Assembly (NCBI GenBank): GCA_963775685.1
Contig: CAVZJV010000014.1
Location: forward strand, 1,344,001 to 1,408,000
Length of the DNA: 64,000 nt
Source of the DNA: Candidatus Bathyarchaeota archaeon
Lineage (GTDB): Archaea > Thermoproteota > Bathyarchaeia > Bathyarchaeales > Bathycorpusculaceae
Direction of reading: 5' to 3'
Shown here: piece after piece, positions 39,715 through 49,957 of the stretch
How positions within the stretch are numbered: position 1 is the stretch's first letter
Layout: each line of letters starts with the position of its first letter
Notes under the pieces: model-generated
Databases searched by the model: none
Told to the model about the DNA's origin: nothing
What the model saw: the letters and a program-made list of their open reading frames with translations, nothing else
Position numbers and translations under genes: made by a program

Positions 39715-40431
39715 TTAATTTGTGAGCGATTTAATTCTTTCAAGGATGTCAACTGGTTTTATCGGGGCTCCGCAATGTTTACAAACTATGACTTTTCCAT
39801 TTTCAGGGAAATCAACCATAGCATTGCATTTTGGGCAGTTACAAGCAGACATTGCTAATCCTTTCTTAGTCAAAATATACTTTAGCGCAGAAAAGTCCTC
39901 TAAAACCAGAACAGGTTCGGGTGCGCTATCGACTTCTCCGCTGACGCGTTTCTTTTCGTATTCTGACAGAGTTACGTAGCTTGAGCAGTCTTCTGCAAAA
40001 TTTAAACGGTTGTTAATATCAAACTTTTTTGAGCATACCCAACGTTCCTTAGATGAATTGTCCATTGCTGCGTTACCAGTGATGAGCCCCATGATATTTG
40101 TTCCACGGTTTTTTTCAGGTTCTACTGTAGTCTTTGATGAAAAACCGCATTTAGAACATAGTTTTTTGGCTGCACTGGGGTTGCATTTGTGGCTTCCTCT
40201 TTTTCCGCATTCTGGACAGACTGCACCAAAGTTGAATAACTCGTACGCACAAGATTGGCAGATTTTTTTTCCAGTGAATTGTGGGAAATCCTTGCGTGAG
40301 CCAAATTGGGAGGACCCGATAACTATCCATTTTATGTAGCCTTTTTTGAGGTGTGAATTCCAAAATACAATATGTTGCTCGTGCCAATCAAGCTCTGCGC
40401 CACATTTTGCACAATTACCCATTAAAGTCAC
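39715..40431 (-). CDS. Multi-zinc-finger hypothetical protein
   Basis: Many CxxC motifs including terminal CPKC...CKHCG. Confidence 0.75.
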   Translation of the reverse strand: MTLMGNCAKCGAELDWHEQHIVFWNSHLKKGYIKWIVIGSSQFGSRKDFPQFTGKKICQSCAYELFNFGAVCPECGKRGSHKCNPSAAKKLCSKCGFSSKTTVEPEKNRGTNIMGLITGNAAMDNSSKERWVCSKKFDINNRLNFAEDCSSYVTLSEYEKKRVSGEVDSAPEPVLVLEDFSALKYILTKKGLAMSACNCPKCNAMVDFPENGKVIVCKHCGAPIKPVDILERIKSLTN

Positions 40432-40517
40432 GTTTGTTTAAGCTCTGTTGTTGGCACTAAATAGATTTTGCGTTTCAACCAAAAAACAATTCGCCAAACA
40501 ACTCGATAAGCCGAAGG

Positions 40518-41076
40518 TTACCGCTTAATTATCTGTTTGAAGAAATTCTCGATAACCATGTGGCCTTCAGGGTGCGTTTTGTTTCCAATTGTTGTGCGTT
40601 CCGGGTGGAATTGGACGCCGTAGAATGGTTTTGGTTTTATGTCTAACAGCCTCCACTCCGCATGAAACAGAACAGCCAACAAAACAAAACCAGCGCGCTC
40701 AAGGCTGTCTTTTAATATATAATCATAGTGGTTTTCTGCTAATGGTATTGTTTGCCCCTCTTTGAAGCCAGCGAAGATTTCATCTTGTTGAATGACTTTA
40801 ACGTCTTCAAATCGGCTTGAGATTTTCTGGGACAGCGAGCTTACTTCGGCGCCAAATGCCTACAGAGGAGCTCTGGTGGCCGAAGCATATACCAAATATG
40901 GGCAAACTGCGACCCACTGATGATGATAACGTCAGGGTCTTTGCCAAATTTTATAACTTGCATCAACATCTCCAAAAATTGACTACTTTGTACTCGCTAA
41001 ATTTTTCCACTGCCGTAGGCAAATCCGCGCTTACCTCACCTTTGAGAGAACAGTTAACAAGCAGGTTTTTTTTCAT
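40518..41076 (-). pseudogene. Class I glutamine amidotransferase, multiply frameshifted (not in the ORF track)
   Basis: Fragments LPIFGICFGHQ, ENHYDYI and PFYGVQFHPE in shifting frames; ATG 8 nt after the tyrA stop. Confidence 0.8.
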
Positions 41077-41084
41077 TTGATTCC

Positions 41085-41957
41085 TTATTTTTCTGTGGAT
41101 TCCAGCATTTTATACATGGTTTCATAGGATTCGGCAAAGTCGCAGTCGAATTCTTTAAGCTTCTTTTTTAGCCGCTCCATTCGGTTGACGATTGCTTTCG
41201 TGTCTTTGTTTTTAATTAAGGTGAGCAGTTCTTGGGCTTTAGCCATGAAGGTATCTTCGATTTTGTCCAATTCCTGCAGGTTCGTTTGTACGGCAGCGTA
41301 GAGATCGGGGGTTTCCATCGCCGTTGCTTCTGCCAGCGTGAAGAGCATTCGGTAGGTGGTGCCTGCTACTTTTTTGGTTTCGTGCAAGTTTTTCTGTTCC
41401 AGCAAGGTTTCGCATGCTACTAAGCCTAAAAAGTGTGGCAGTCCCAAAACTACTGACATTAATTCATCATGCTTCTTGGGAGTCATAATGAAAACGTGTG
41501 CTTCTTCCTTCTCGAGCAACTGCTTGAATTTTTCCGCAAACTCATGTTCTTTCGCATTCGTTGGAGTCAAGACATATGCCTTGTGTTTGACGCCGTTACT
41601 TCCCGGACCAAAAACAGGGTGCGTACCCAACACCGTTGCTTCTTTGATGTATTGGTGCATGGTGTTAACGGGTGTTTCCTTTATCGAGGCTATGTCAATG
41701 ACAACCTGTCCTTTATGCAATACTGGGCTGATTGTTTTAACGACCTCTTCGATGGCGTTTATGGATACACAAAGGTAAATTTGGTCGGCCTCTTGGACGG
41801 CTTCTTGAAAGTTCGTGGTTAAATCAACAAGTAAGTCTTTCAGATTTTCGAGTTTCTCTTTTTTTCTATCCGCTAAAATTACATCGTAATCTTTTGAGAG
41901 GAAAAATTTGGCGAACCAAACGCCCATTTTCCCCGCGCCGATTACGGCAACCCTCAT
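41085..41957 (-). CDS. tyrA: Prephenate dehydrogenase
   Basis: GAGKMG Rossmann motif, DIASIK, THPVFGP, HDELMSVVLGLPH. Confidence 0.93.
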   Translation of the reverse strand: MRVAVIGAGKMGVWFAKFFLSKDYDVILADRKKEKLENLKDLLVDLTTNFQEAVQEADQIYLCVSINAIEEVVKTISPVLHKGQVVIDIASIKETPVNTMHQYIKEATVLGTHPVFGPGSNGVKHKAYVLTPTNAKEHEFAEKFKQLLEKEEAHVFIMTPKKHDELMSVVLGLPHFLGLVACETLLEQKNLHETKKVAGTTYRMLFTLAEATAMETPDLYAAVQTNLQELDKIEDTFMAKAQELLTLIKNKDTKAIVNRMERLKKKLKEFDCDFAESYETMYKMLESTEK

Positions 41958-43033
41958 TTATTGACCTCGCAGATTTTATTCAGCCCTGTCTCGATTTGGT
42001 CGTCTGGAGCGGTTAGAGAAATGCGAAAGTGTTCAGGGTAGTTACCAAATGATGTGCCTGGAGCAACAGCAACGCCTTTGTCAAGTAGGTCTAGTGTGAA
42101 CTTTTCGCCGTCTAAACCTTCGAGCTTAGGAAACACATAAAATGGCGCGTCGGGTTTAGTGAATTTGAATCCTGCGGCGGAGAGTTTGGTACAGGCTAGG
42201 TCTGCGCGTTGTTTGTATTTTGCTTTGATGGCAGATGCAATTTGCTTGTGAAGTTCTAAGCCTTTAAGGGCGGCGTCCTGAATGAAGACTGGAATGTTGT
42301 TGATGGTGATTTGGTTGAGTTTGGTTATGTTATCTATGACCATTTTGTTTGCTACCAGGTAGCCGATGCGCCAACCAGTCATGGTGAAGGTCTTTGAGAA
42401 ACCGTTGGAGAGGATATGTTTGCATTCACCGTCGTAGTCGAGTATGCTTTTGGTTTTCACAAAGCTGATTGCTCCATAGACTTCGTCGGAGAGGATAGTA
42501 ACTCCTTTCTGGTTAGCTAATTCGACGACGCCGTCGAGAGTTTTGGAGTCCATGACTTTGCTTGTAGGATTGTTTGGGTTGTTGAGAATAATCATTTTTG
42601 TGTCTTTGTCAATTAAGCTCTCAAGCTTGTCGAGGTCAATTTTCCAACCTTCTGCCATTTCCGTCGGCAGCAGCTTGGTTTTCGCGCCAAGGCTCTTTGC
42701 GATTAAATCGTAAGCTGTCCAGTATGGCGTGGGGATGATAACGTTACCTCCGTTTTTGAGCATCAAAAACATCGTGGAGAATATTCCCCATTTAGAACCT
42801 GGCGTTATCACGACGTTTTCTGCTTCAACGCCGTGTACTTCAGCGATTTTCTGCCGTAGCCTAAGCTCACCATAAGAAGAGGCATACTTAGTTTTGCCTG
42901 CCTTCATTGAAGCGTATGCTGCTTCGACGATTTCAGGCGGCGTAGCCATATCTGGGTCACCAAGGTTTAGTCGAATGATTTTTTTTCCTTCACTTTCCAG
43001 TTTAAGGGCTTTCTCGTTTATCTCATAGAGCAT
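41954..43033 (-). CDS. Class I/II PLP-dependent aminotransferase (probable aromatic aminotransferase)
   Basis: NNPNNPT, DEVY, FSKTFTMTGWRIGY; ATG at 43033; operon context. Confidence 0.9.
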   Translation of the reverse strand: MLYEINEKALKLESEGKKIIRLNLGDPDMATPPEIVEAAYASMKAGKTKYASSYGELRLRQKIAEVHGVEAENVVITPGSKWGIFSTMFLMLKNGGNVIIPTPYWTAYDLIAKSLGAKTKLLPTEMAEGWKIDLDKLESLIDKDTKMIILNNPNNPTSKVMDSKTLDGVVELANQKGVTILSDEVYGAISFVKTKSILDYDGECKHILSNGFSKTFTMTGWRIGYLVANKMVIDNITKLNQITINNIPVFIQDAALKGLELHKQIASAIKAKYKQRADLACTKLSAAGFKFTKPDAPFYVFPKLEGLDGEKFTLDLLDKGVAVAPGTSFGNYPEHFRISLTAPDDQIETGLNKICEVNK

Positions 43034-43061
43034 ACAGTTTGGACTCTCCGTTAGGAGCGCT

Positions 43062-43322
43062 TTATTCTTGAACGGCAATGCACATATTAACTATTTCGCG
43101 GTAAACCGCTTCTACTTGACTAGAATTAAGACCTAATTGGGAGGTTTTGTCTTTTACGCGCTTGTAAACATCATTTTCTCTAGACTTATCTCGAATGGGT
43201 TTACCCTGTTTTTTCTTGGCGGCCCCGATTGCTTTGCAAATCTTTACCCGTTCGCAGAGGGCAATTAGAATTTGGTTGTCGATTTCATCAACCTGTTTTC
43301 TTAGCAAGGGGATTTCGTTCAT
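43062..43322 (-). CDS. aroQ: Chorismate mutase (AroQ type)
   Basis: LRKQVDEID...ER...IGAAK...IRDKSRE. Confidence 0.9.
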   Translation of the reverse strand: MNEIPLLRKQVDEIDNQILIALCERVKICKAIGAAKKKQGKPIRDKSRENDVYKRVKDKTSQLGLNSSQVEAVYREIVNMCIAVQE

Positions 43323-43324
43323 GG

Positions 43325-44431
43325 TTAGTGCTCCTTGAGGACTTTTGGTATGTACCCAGCGCGGATGAGGTGGTCAGCTAAGGTTATGGCGGTTGCTGCT
43401 TCGATGGCGAGCACAGCTTTTGGAACCACACAAGGGTCGTGTCTACCTTTAACGCTTAGAGCGGAATTTTCCATCGTGCACATGTTAACGGTTTTCTGTT
43501 CCTTGGAAATGGAGGGTGTGGGTTTTATCGCTACTCTGATCAGGATTGGCATTCCGCTTGACAATCCGCCCAAGATGCCGCCTGCGTTCTCGGTTGAAGT
43601 GGCAACCTTGCCTTTTTTGATAAGGAAGGCGTCGTTGTTCTCTGACCCCCGCAACTTCGCAGCGTCAAAGCCAGCACCGAACTCGACACCTTTCACTGCA
43701 GGGACAGCAAACATCGCCTTTGCTAAATCTGCATCCAATGAGTCAAACGACGGCTCACCAATTCCAACAGGCATGTTGAGCGCTGCACATTCCACTATAC
43801 CGCCTAAACTGTCCCCTTCTTTTTTAGCTTCAACAATGGCTTCCTCCATCTTTCCTGCGCAAACTAAGTCAGGGCACCGAGTTGCAGCTAAATATCGATT
43901 TTTGCGGATTTCCGAAGTTCTAAACTTTCTATCAGTCTTGACGTTACCGATGGCTAAGGTGTATGCCAAAACATCAATGTTGTATCTTCCGAGCAGTTTT
44001 TTGGCTATTGTGCCAGCCATTATGAGTGCAACTGTGACTCTTCCTGAGAAGCGCCCTCCGCCACGGTGGTCGTTAAAGCCTCCGTATTTAATTCGCGCCG
44101 GATAATCAGAGTGCCCAGGTCTTGGCAAATCCTTTATTGCCTCATAATCGCTTGGCTGAGTTTCCTTATTCTCCACCATCAAGGCGATTGGAGCCCCAGT
44201 GGTGAATCCGTTGAAAAATCCACTTAGGATTTTGGCAACGTCTTTCTCGACTCGCTCAGAAACAATCTTGGACTCCGCTGGAATTCTGCGATCAAGGTCC
44301 TCCTGAAAATCAGCTTCCGAAAGCGGCAAGCCTGCTGGGCAGCCATCCACAACTACTCCGATTACTTTGCCATGGCTCTCCCCAAACGTGGCAACTGTGA
44401 ATTCTTTACCTATCGAATTTCCCGCCAACAA
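43325..44431 (-). CDS. aroC: Chorismate synthase
   Basis: TFGESHG, PRPGHSD, KGVEFG, GRHDPC. Confidence 0.96.
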   Translation of the reverse strand: MLAGNSIGKEFTVATFGESHGKVIGVVVDGCPAGLPLSEADFQEDLDRRIPAESKIVSERVEKDVAKILSGFFNGFTTGAPIALMVENKETQPSDYEAIKDLPRPGHSDYPARIKYGGFNDHRGGGRFSGRVTVALIMAGTIAKKLLGRYNIDVLAYTLAIGNVKTDRKFRTSEIRKNRYLAATRCPDLVCAGKMEEAIVEAKKEGDSLGGIVECAALNMPVGIGEPSFDSLDADLAKAMFAVPAVKGVEFGAGFDAAKLRGSENNDAFLIKKGKVATSTENAGGILGGLSSGMPILIRVAIKPTPSISKEQKTVNMCTMENSALSVKGRHDPCVVPKAVLAIEAATAITLADHLIRAGYIPKVLKEH

Positions 44432-45701
44432 CGTTAGCTCCTATTTGTCTTAGATGAGTGAAGAACTGCGGATAAGACTTTCTGACGCACTCTGCGTTTT
44501 GAATTGTGGTTTCTCCTTCGGCGCCTAAAGCGGCGATTGTGCATGCCATGGCGATTCGATGGTCGTTGTGTGGATCGATGGTTACTCCATGCAAGCGGTT
44601 GCTGCCCTCGATGAGTAAGCCGTCGTTTTCTAAGCCGATTTGAGCGCCCATCTTTGAGAGTTCAGCAAATAACGATTGGAGCCTATCTGACTCCTTGAAC
44701 CTAAGCCTTTGTGCGCCGAAAATGTGAGAAGTGCCTTTTGCGTAGCATGCGAGAGCGGCGATGGCTGGAACAAGGTCAGGAATGTTTTTGGCATCTACTT
44801 CTACGGGTGTAAGTGGAGTTCCTGAACCTTCAATTTCAACGTTGTCCACGCAGACTTTTCCGTTGACGCCCATGTGCTTTAAGGTGCCTATAATCGCTTT
44901 GTCTCCCTGAACGGTCTCGTAGTCAAGGTTGCTAATTTGAACATTCGAGGTAGTTATTGCTGCAGCGGCTAAGAGAAAAGCAGCGGAGGAGAAATCGCCT
45001 GGAACTCTGCCATCTTGGGGTGTGTAGGTTTGGTTCGCTGGGATATGAATGTGGTTTTCATGGGCAGGCACCCTAATTCCATGGTGAACAAGCACTGCCT
45101 CGGTCATTTTAACGTAATCTGCAGATTCCAACGGCGAAGTCAGCATTATTTCCGTGTCCACTTCGGCCATTGGACAAGCAAACATCAAGCCAGAAATAAA
45201 CTGTGAACTCACATCGCCCGCAACGGAAGTCTCGCCGCCAACAATGCCGCCGCCCTCCACAAAAACCGCGTCTTTGTCACCAAGTTTTCCAACGCGCACT
45301 TTGGCGCCGAGTTCTTTGAGGCTAGCTAAAAGTGGTTCCACAGGTCGCTTCTCAATAGAGCCCCTAAACACCAAAGTAGAAGAACCATCTGCCAGCGCAG
45401 CTACGGGAATCATGAAACGCAATGTTGCCCCTGACTCTCTGCAGTCAATTGGTTCTTTTGCGCTCTTAAGCGCTGTGCCTTCGATTGTCCAGCAACCTTC
45501 CGCAGTCTTGACTTTTGCCCCTAAAGCAGTGACTGCCCCAAGCGTGGCTTCGGTATCATCTGACAAAAGAGGATTAGAAACTTTTGAAACTCCATGGGAA
45601 AGTGCAGCGGCTATTACCATTCGTTGAGTATAAGACTTAGATGACGGCGCACAAACTTGCCCGCTTAACTTTTCAGTTTTTTTAATTGTTACATCTGTCA
45701 T
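44406..45701 (-). CDS. aroA: EPSP synthase
   Basis: SKSYTQR, ESGATLRF, SSQFISG, KESDR, DHRIAM, KSYPQF. Confidence 0.96.
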   Translation of the reverse strand: MTDVTIKKTEKLSGQVCAPSSKSYTQRMVIAAALSHGVSKVSNPLLSDDTEATLGAVTALGAKVKTAEGCWTIEGTALKSAKEPIDCRESGATLRFMIPVAALADGSSTLVFRGSIEKRPVEPLLASLKELGAKVRVGKLGDKDAVFVEGGGIVGGETSVAGDVSSQFISGLMFACPMAEVDTEIMLTSPLESADYVKMTEAVLVHHGIRVPAHENHIHIPANQTYTPQDGRVPGDFSSAAFLLAAAAITTSNVQISNLDYETVQGDKAIIGTLKHMGVNGKVCVDNVEIEGSGTPLTPVEVDAKNIPDLVPAIAALACYAKGTSHIFGAQRLRFKESDRLQSLFAELSKMGAQIGLENDGLLIEGSNRLHGVTIDPHNDHRIAMACTIAALGAEGETTIQNAECVRKSYPQFFTHLRQIGANVVGGKFDR

Positions 45702-45703
45702 TG

Positions 45704-46576
45704 TTAGAGCACCTTTGCTTTTTCACTGTTCAACTGTGCCTGAATTATTTCGCCGTCATACCTTTCCAAAGCAGCCTTCACTGCATCTAACTTGTCAGTT
45801 GGAACTACTGCGGAAACAGCAGGTCCTTTGCCGCAAAGCCCAGTCGCTACGGCTCCAGCAGCCAACGCATCTATCGCGATTGTGGTGTTGAGGTTTGAGG
45901 CTGAAGAGTAGATTAAACCGTTAAGCGTTAATGCCTCCCAAACTTTTCCTTCCAAAGCCTTGTCGAATGCGATTTGTACGAGCGGTTTAACAGTTTTGAG
46001 CCTGTTCACATTTGAGTCAGCCGTGTAGGCTTTTTGGGGTGGAACATGAAACAACACTGTTAAATCCTTAGGTAAGGGTAGCTGTTTGATGATTTCACGT
46101 TTGAAGTTATCGGTAATTACTATGCCGCCAAAATAGGATGCACACGCATCATCAAAAGCGCCAGTAACTGTGACCTTTGAATCAAAAGCAGCATCGACAC
46201 CCAACTTTACAATTTCCAAATCATCAAGAGGTTTGCCAAGTGCCGCCGTTGTTGCAAGTGCGGTGGCGTTTGCTGCTACGCTGCTGCTTTTAAGTCCTTT
46301 AGCGATTGGGATGTTTGATAGGGTTTTTATTTTTGCGCCAAAACTTTTGTCTAAACCAAACCTTTGCAGAACTCTTGCCGCGGTTTTTTCTATTAGGAGC
46401 GTGCTTTCTTTTGGGTCTGAAACTATCTCAGCCCTAATAACGCCTAGTTCATCCATTAAATTAACTTCAGCTCTGGTCCACAAATCAACCCCAAACGCTG
46501 CACCCTTACCCAGCGCAATCGCGTTCACGATGGTTGCAGCCCCATGAGCAATCGCTACACCTCTACCCGTTGCCAC
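45704..46576 (-). CDS. aroK: Archaeal shikimate kinase (GHMP family)
   Basis: ATIVNAIA, IPIAKGLKSSS, VTGAFDDA. Confidence 0.93.
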   Translation of the reverse strand: MATGRGVAIAHGAATIVNAIALGKGAAFGVDLWTRAEVNLMDELGVIRAEIVSDPKESTLLIEKTAARVLQRFGLDKSFGAKIKTLSNIPIAKGLKSSSVAANATALATTAALGKPLDDLEIVKLGVDAAFDSKVTVTGAFDDACASYFGGIVITDNFKREIIKQLPLPKDLTVLFHVPPQKAYTADSNVNRLKTVKPLVQIAFDKALEGKVWEALTLNGLIYSSASNLNTTIAIDALAAGAVATGLCGKGPAVSAVVPTDKLDAVKAALERYDGEIIQAQLNSEKAKVL

Positions 46577-46579
46577 AGT

Positions 46580-47437
46580 TTACACCTTCATCAAATAATT
46601 AAGCGCCGCCTGCCTCATAACTTCAACTGGAGCAGACTTACCTGTCCAAAGTTCAAACGACGCTGCACCTTGATAAATCAACATCTCAACCCCGCTGACC
46701 ACCTTAGCTCCCGCAGCTTTCGCCTCATTAACAAGTTTGGTCTCAAGCGGATTGTATACTATATCCATCACAGACAAATCCGGTCTTAAAAGTTTAGGAT
46801 TTACAAGGCTTTCGTCTGCTTTTGGTTTCATCCCAATTGAAGTAGCATTTATGAGAATGTCAGAGTCTTGGAGGTTCTGTTGGATTTCTTTTGGTGAAAG
46901 GGAACCTGCAACTATTTTTTTGTTCGCAGTCTTTTCAAGCAGTCTGGCTAATCCTTGAGCTTGTTTTACGGTTCGGTTCAGGACCGCGAGTTCATCGGCT
47001 TCTTTAGCCATCGTGTACGCTATGGCTCTTGCAGCTCCGCCTGCACCCAGCAACAGAACCTTTCTGCCCTTCGGCTCCACTCCATTTTCTCTTAGAGCTT
47101 TTAGGGCGCCTACGCCATCTGTGTTGAAGCCGAAAAGTTTGCTATCCTTATTTAGGATTGTATTGACCGAATTTATGATTTGAGCAGATAGGTCTGTTCG
47201 GTCTAAATACTTCAACACTGTACTTTTATGCGGCATAGTTACGTTTAAGCCCCGTAGGTTTAGGGCGCGCATGCCATTTACTGCGTTTTCCACTGCATTT
47301 AGCTTTACTTTGAAAGCTAAAAATGCATAGTCAAGGTTGAGAGCGTTAAAGGCTGCATTGTGTATAATGGGGCTCAAGGTATGCTCTATTGGGTCACCGA
47401 TGACTCCGCAAACCCTAGTTTTCCCCGTAATAGGCAT
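46580..47437 (-). CDS. aroE: Shikimate dehydrogenase
   Basis: GDPIEHTLSP, NVTMPHK, NTDG, GAGGAARA, DIVYNP. Confidence 0.96.
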   Translation of the reverse strand: MPITGKTRVCGVIGDPIEHTLSPIIHNAAFNALNLDYAFLAFKVKLNAVENAVNGMRALNLRGLNVTMPHKSTVLKYLDRTDLSAQIINSVNTILNKDSKLFGFNTDGVGALKALRENGVEPKGRKVLLLGAGGAARAIAYTMAKEADELAVLNRTVKQAQGLARLLEKTANKKIVAGSLSPKEIQQNLQDSDILINATSIGMKPKADESLVNPKLLRPDLSVMDIVYNPLETKLVNEAKAAGAKVVSGVEMLIYQGAASFELWTGKSAPVEVMRQAALNYLMKV

Positions 47438-48120
47438 TATTTTATCCCCAAAAGTCCATAAGCAGTGCGCATTTCGGTTATGCTCATCTGCCCAGCCGCG
47501 GTTTCACTGTCAGGCTCAACCGAGGCGAAAGTGAAGAAAGCGCCAAATGCAGGTGAAAGCAACCTTGAGATTTTGCCTTGATCGCCCATGCAGAAGCAAA
47601 CCAGCTTTGCCTTGGCTGAAGCAAAGGAAACAAAGTTCAGAATAGGCAGGTTGTCTTCAACTTGTTTTGCTGTGAGCACGATTTTGCAGACGCTCGCCCC
47701 GCTGGCAATCTCCTCGTCAAGGATCTTTTCCATGGTAGAAACTGCTAAAAGTCCATCATAATTATGATAAGAAACGATGGGTTTTGCCCCTAGAGCTCGT
47801 AGTTTTCCAATTGTTTCGTCCCGTTTAGGGCTGGAAAAATCAACATCCACATATTCGAAGCCATTTTTGGCCGCATCAATAAGGGTCTGTTGACGTTCAA
47901 TTTCGGTTCCTGAAAAGTAACCTTTTTCGTTTTTGAGTTTGTTTGTAGCGATAAAGGGCAGTTTTGTGCTTTTGGCGAAGTCTTGTAGGTTTCGTGATTC
48001 TTCGAGGTAATCGAGACGAACTTCTACGAGGTCTGCTTGGGAACTCTCTGCCTTCTCAATGAGCTTTAGCGCTTCCGCCATGTTTTTTGGGAGAATCGAA
48101 ACACAGATTCTCACAGTCAC
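47437..48120 (-). CDS. aroD: Type I 3-dehydroquinate dehydratase
   Basis: EVRLDY, IVSYHNY, MGDQGKISR, TAAGQ. Confidence 0.92.
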   Translation of the reverse strand: MTVRICVSILPKNMAEALKLIEKAESSQADLVEVRLDYLEESRNLQDFAKSTKLPFIATNKLKNEKGYFSGTEIERQQTLIDAAKNGFEYVDVDFSSPKRDETIGKLRALGAKPIVSYHNYDGLLAVSTMEKILDEEIASGASVCKIVLTAKQVEDNLPILNFVSFASAKAKLVCFCMGDQGKISRLLSPAFGAFFTFASVEPDSETAAGQMSITEMRTAYGLLGIK

Positions 48121-49157
48121 TTTTCAATCACCGTTTCTTCAGGCACAGATATGCCGAAGTGTCTTCCTCCCTTCGCAGCTAAATGCACAAGAACTTCATC
48201 GTTGGGTTTGAGTTCGGTAACTGGTTTTGAGCCTTTAGACGTGACTATGCGTATGGTTTCTGCATTCTGCAAGATAGTTTTAATTTTGGTGCCGTCGGCC
48301 TCGGCTTCGATGAGGATGAGTGGACGGAACTCGATTTTGGATCTACCCACGTTTGTGATTCGGACATTACCTTCTCGACTAACGATTAGAACTTCGTCAC
48401 CAGCTTTGAGTTCAGAGAGGTAGCGTGTACCCTGAATGGAGGTTAAGGTGTACTGAGATGCTGGTCCAGCGTTCACTCGGAAAGGCCTGGATTGCACGTA
48501 GGGGTTCTCGTTAACTTCAGCCTCAACAAGGAAGAACCCTGCGGATTGGCATCCGACAAGCATCCCTTCACCTGGAACCATCAAATCAACAGTGTCTACA
48601 CAGACGCGTGCACCTGAGCCGATGGGTTTAATGGACAAGATTTTGGCTGTGGTAATCGACATTTTGGGCATTTGATTCTTGACGAGCTTGATGGTTTTTT
48701 CCAGCTCAGCTACGTTTCTGGTCTTTAGCAAAACACCGTCTGTGCCCAATTCAAGAGCTTCCAAAACCAACTTAGCATCCTCAGCCGTGGTCACCTCTGC
48801 GATTAGGGTGCTTTTTCCTCTGCCTTTGGCTATGAGGTTTTCAAGCGGAATCACTCGCCAATCTTGACAGTTTATTATGACATAGTCAACGCCAAGTTCA
48901 GCGGCTTTGGCTGCCCTGTTTTCGTCTTCTTTACCTTGGATTATTACTTTTAAGGCTGTTTTTTTGCCCTCTACCTTTAGCTGGGCAATTTTTTTCTCGC
49001 TCAAGTCAGTGAGAAAAATAATTTCCATTTTGCCTTGGCGGTTGCTGGCTTGGTCGCCATCCAAGATCGCGTCTGCGTTTTCATGGGCAAGGCTAAGTAA
49101 ACCTTCCTTTTCTTGAGCGGAAGCATTTTGTGGAATTTCGAGCCAGAGTTCTTTCAA
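48117..49157 (-). CDS. 3-dehydroquinate synthase II (AroB')
   Basis: WRVIPLENLIA, RVCVDT, RPFRVNAG, LQNAETIR, GRHFG. Confidence 0.94.
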   Translation of the reverse strand: MKELWLEIPQNASAQEKEGLLSLAHENADAILDGDQASNRQGKMEIIFLTDLSEKKIAQLKVEGKKTALKVIIQGKEDENRAAKAAELGVDYVIINCQDWRVIPLENLIAKGRGKSTLIAEVTTAEDAKLVLEALELGTDGVLLKTRNVAELEKTIKLVKNQMPKMSITTAKILSIKPIGSGARVCVDTVDLMVPGEGMLVGCQSAGFFLVEAEVNENPYVQSRPFRVNAGPASQYTLTSIQGTRYLSELKAGDEVLIVSREGNVRITNVGRSKIEFRPLILIEAEADGTKIKTILQNAETIRIVTSKGSKPVTELKPNDEVLVHLAAKGGRHFGISVPEETVIEK

Positions 49158-49945
49158 TATTTTTCACCAAAAATCTTTAGCGCTTGCTCAACAGATGCAC
49201 CTTTGTGGACAATGGCAGAGAGCGCTCTTGAAATTTGTGTTGGATTGTCGCATTGGAACATGTTACGTCCAATGGAAAGCCCTGCTGCACCTGCTTCCAA
49301 GGCGTCGCTGGTGGTTTGAAGCACTTCCTCTAGGGAATTGCATTTTGGTCCACCTGCAATAACAACTGGGATTGGGCAACTTTCGATGACTGCTTTGAAA
49401 GTTTCGATGCTTCCTGTGTAGTTTGTTTTGATTATGTCTGCGCCAAGTTCTGCGCCGATTCTCGCTGCATGCGCCACCAATTCGGGTGAATGTTCGTTTG
49501 GGATTTTTGGTCCACGCGGGTACATCATCGCTAAGAGAGGAACACCAAAGGCTTCGCATTCTTCGGCGACTTTGCCTAGGTTTTGTAGCATTTTATCTTC
49601 GTCTTGAGCGCCGACGTTGACATGAACGGATACTGCGTCTGCGCCGATGCGTATGGCTTCTTGCACGCTGCATACTTGGACCTTGCCGTTTACGTTGGGG
49701 CTAAGGTTTGACATGCCAGATAACATTACGATTAAGCCTGCGTCTCCGGTGTCGACTCGTTTGGCGATGCCTTTGTGGACAAGGATGGCATCAACTCCAC
49801 CTTTCACAAGCTGGTTGGTTATGGTTTGCATGTTAGTTATGCCTTGGATGGGCCCAACTGTTACACCATGATCCATAGGTACAATTACTGTGCGGTTGTC
49901 TTGCTGCATGATTTTTTTTAGTCTGCGGGTTTTGCCTTCATTCAT
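49154..49945 (-). CDS. 2-amino-3,7-dideoxy-D-threo-hept-6-ulosonate (ADH) synthase (AroA', DhnA-type aldolase)
   Basis: PMDHG, AMMYPRG, GADIIKT, IAGGPK, GRNMFQ; adjacent to AroB'. Confidence 0.92.
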   Translation of the reverse strand: MNEGKTRRLKKIMQQDNRTVIVPMDHGVTVGPIQGITNMQTITNQLVKGGVDAILVHKGIAKRVDTGDAGLIVMLSGMSNLSPNVNGKVQVCSVQEAIRIGADAVSVHVNVGAQDEDKMLQNLGKVAEECEAFGVPLLAMMYPRGPKIPNEHSPELVAHAARIGAELGADIIKTNYTGSIETFKAVIESCPIPVVIAGGPKCNSLEEVLQTTSDALEAGAAGLSIGRNMFQCDNPTQISRALSAIVHKGASVEQALKIFGEKY

Positions 49946-49957
49946 GTCTTTTCCACT

